Positions 63,361-64,000 of a DNA stretch of 64,000 bases are shown piece after piece. Position 1 is the stretch's first letter. Every line of letters starts with the position of its first letter. Location of the stretch: NCBI GenBank assembly GCA_965208575.1, contig CBDBOV010000003.1, positions 672,001 to 736,000 on the forward strand, written 5' to 3'. The position numbers and the translations under genes are program-made. The notes below the pieces were generated by a model that was not told the DNA's origin, searched no databases, and saw only the letters and a list, made by a program, of their open reading frames with translations. The DNA is from Spirochaetia bacterium (GTDB lineage: Bacteria; Spirochaetota; Spirochaetia; SZUA-6; Bin103).

Positions 63361-63436
63361 GTGTGTGTGCCCCAAGTATGGGAGCTGGGAAGCGCACTCA
63401 CGAGCGACCGCCCCCCAGCTCCACAGGAGTGTACTG

Positions 63437-64000
63437 CTAGTTTCCCGTCATTTCGTTCTTCAGCGCACTATCGATCCAGAGGCGAGAAAAGTGGGTATGA
63501 CGCTCGGCGTATCCCATACCCCATTCACCGTTCCAACCCTGCACCCACGGCTGGGCCACCTGATATAAGGGGACCATAGGTCTAACCAGGCCAAAGTGCT
63601 CCCTTATAACGATCTCATCGATCTCTCGGATGTTGCTAAAAAACTCATCAAGGTCCGCAGCATGCGTGGCGCCATTATAGAACGTTTCGAGACGCGGGTC
63701 CCTCGACTTGCTCAAGCTGTTACCAGCCACGTCTTGGGTGACGGTCCCTGCAATCCAGAGCGCTGGGCGACGTGTCCCCATTATCGCGCAACAATACATG
63801 TCAAACTCGTGCGTGTCCGCGCTCCAGGCAGCGGCCGCCTCAGCTTCAGTATGAGTAGAGATCTCCAAATCAACGCCAACGGCGCGGAAAAACTCTCCGA
63901 CGATTTCGATGTAGGTCGATTCTTGCCGCGGAGAATTGGACGCCGCGAGCTTGAATCGAACGCCGTCGGCGCCGCGTGGATATCCGGCCTCATCAAGCAA
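63437..64000 (-). CDS. ABC substrate-binding protein family 5, C-terminal part (runs off window)
   Basis: LDEAGYPRGADGVRFK ... QPWVQGWNGE ... RLWID. Confidence 0.9.
   Translation of the reverse strand: MLDEAGYPRGADGVRFKLAASNSPRQESTYIEIVGEFFRAVGVDLEISTHTEAEAAAAWSADTHEFDMYCCAIMGTRRPALWIAGTVTQDVAGNSLSKSRDPRLETFYNGATHAADLDEFFSNIREIDEIVIREHFGLVRPMVPLYQVAQPWVQGWNGEWGMGYAERHTHFSRLWIDSALKNEMTGN

Noticed and set aside
26102-64000. Diversity-generating retroelement acting on the SBP paralogs
   Set aside because: No reverse transcriptase in the window and no template/variable repeat pair differing only at adenines was seen.

Overview
High-GC bacterial chromosomal window with no rRNA, tRNA or CRISPR array visible. 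The repeated family-5 solute-binding proteins with '...ATGLWA...' signal peptides, together with Uma2, PhyH, LLM and ASPIC/UnbV content, suggest a Spirochaetia-like, possibly sponge-associated organism; this is inference only. Layout: (1) 1-4.2 kb, a nested IS cluster; (2) 4.3-8.2 kb, a small defence-like island (RES-Xre, ATPase-TOPRIM, AAA_14/DUF4143); (3) 8.3-25.4 kb, catabolic and redox genes, including an R2lox-like dimetal oxidase coupled to an SCP2-like protein, an atypical transketolase-like enzyme and a hidden UxxC selenoprotein; (4) 25.4-64 kb, four paralogous SBP-permease-permease ABC operons with no ATPase gene plus one extra SBP, mixed with GH116, SNF2/SWIM, two Uma2 paralogs, intact and toxin-deleted TA pairs, and many gene fragments. 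Most striking: a conserved 11-codon leader ORF (M-x-x-K-E-P-H-A-R-A-A-stop) with a perfect Shine-Dalgarno, whose stop codon lies in a long hairpin, upstream of two different SBP operons. It looks like an undescribed ribosome-dependent attenuator. Family names come from recognising motifs by eye; no database searches were run, and start sites are best estimates.
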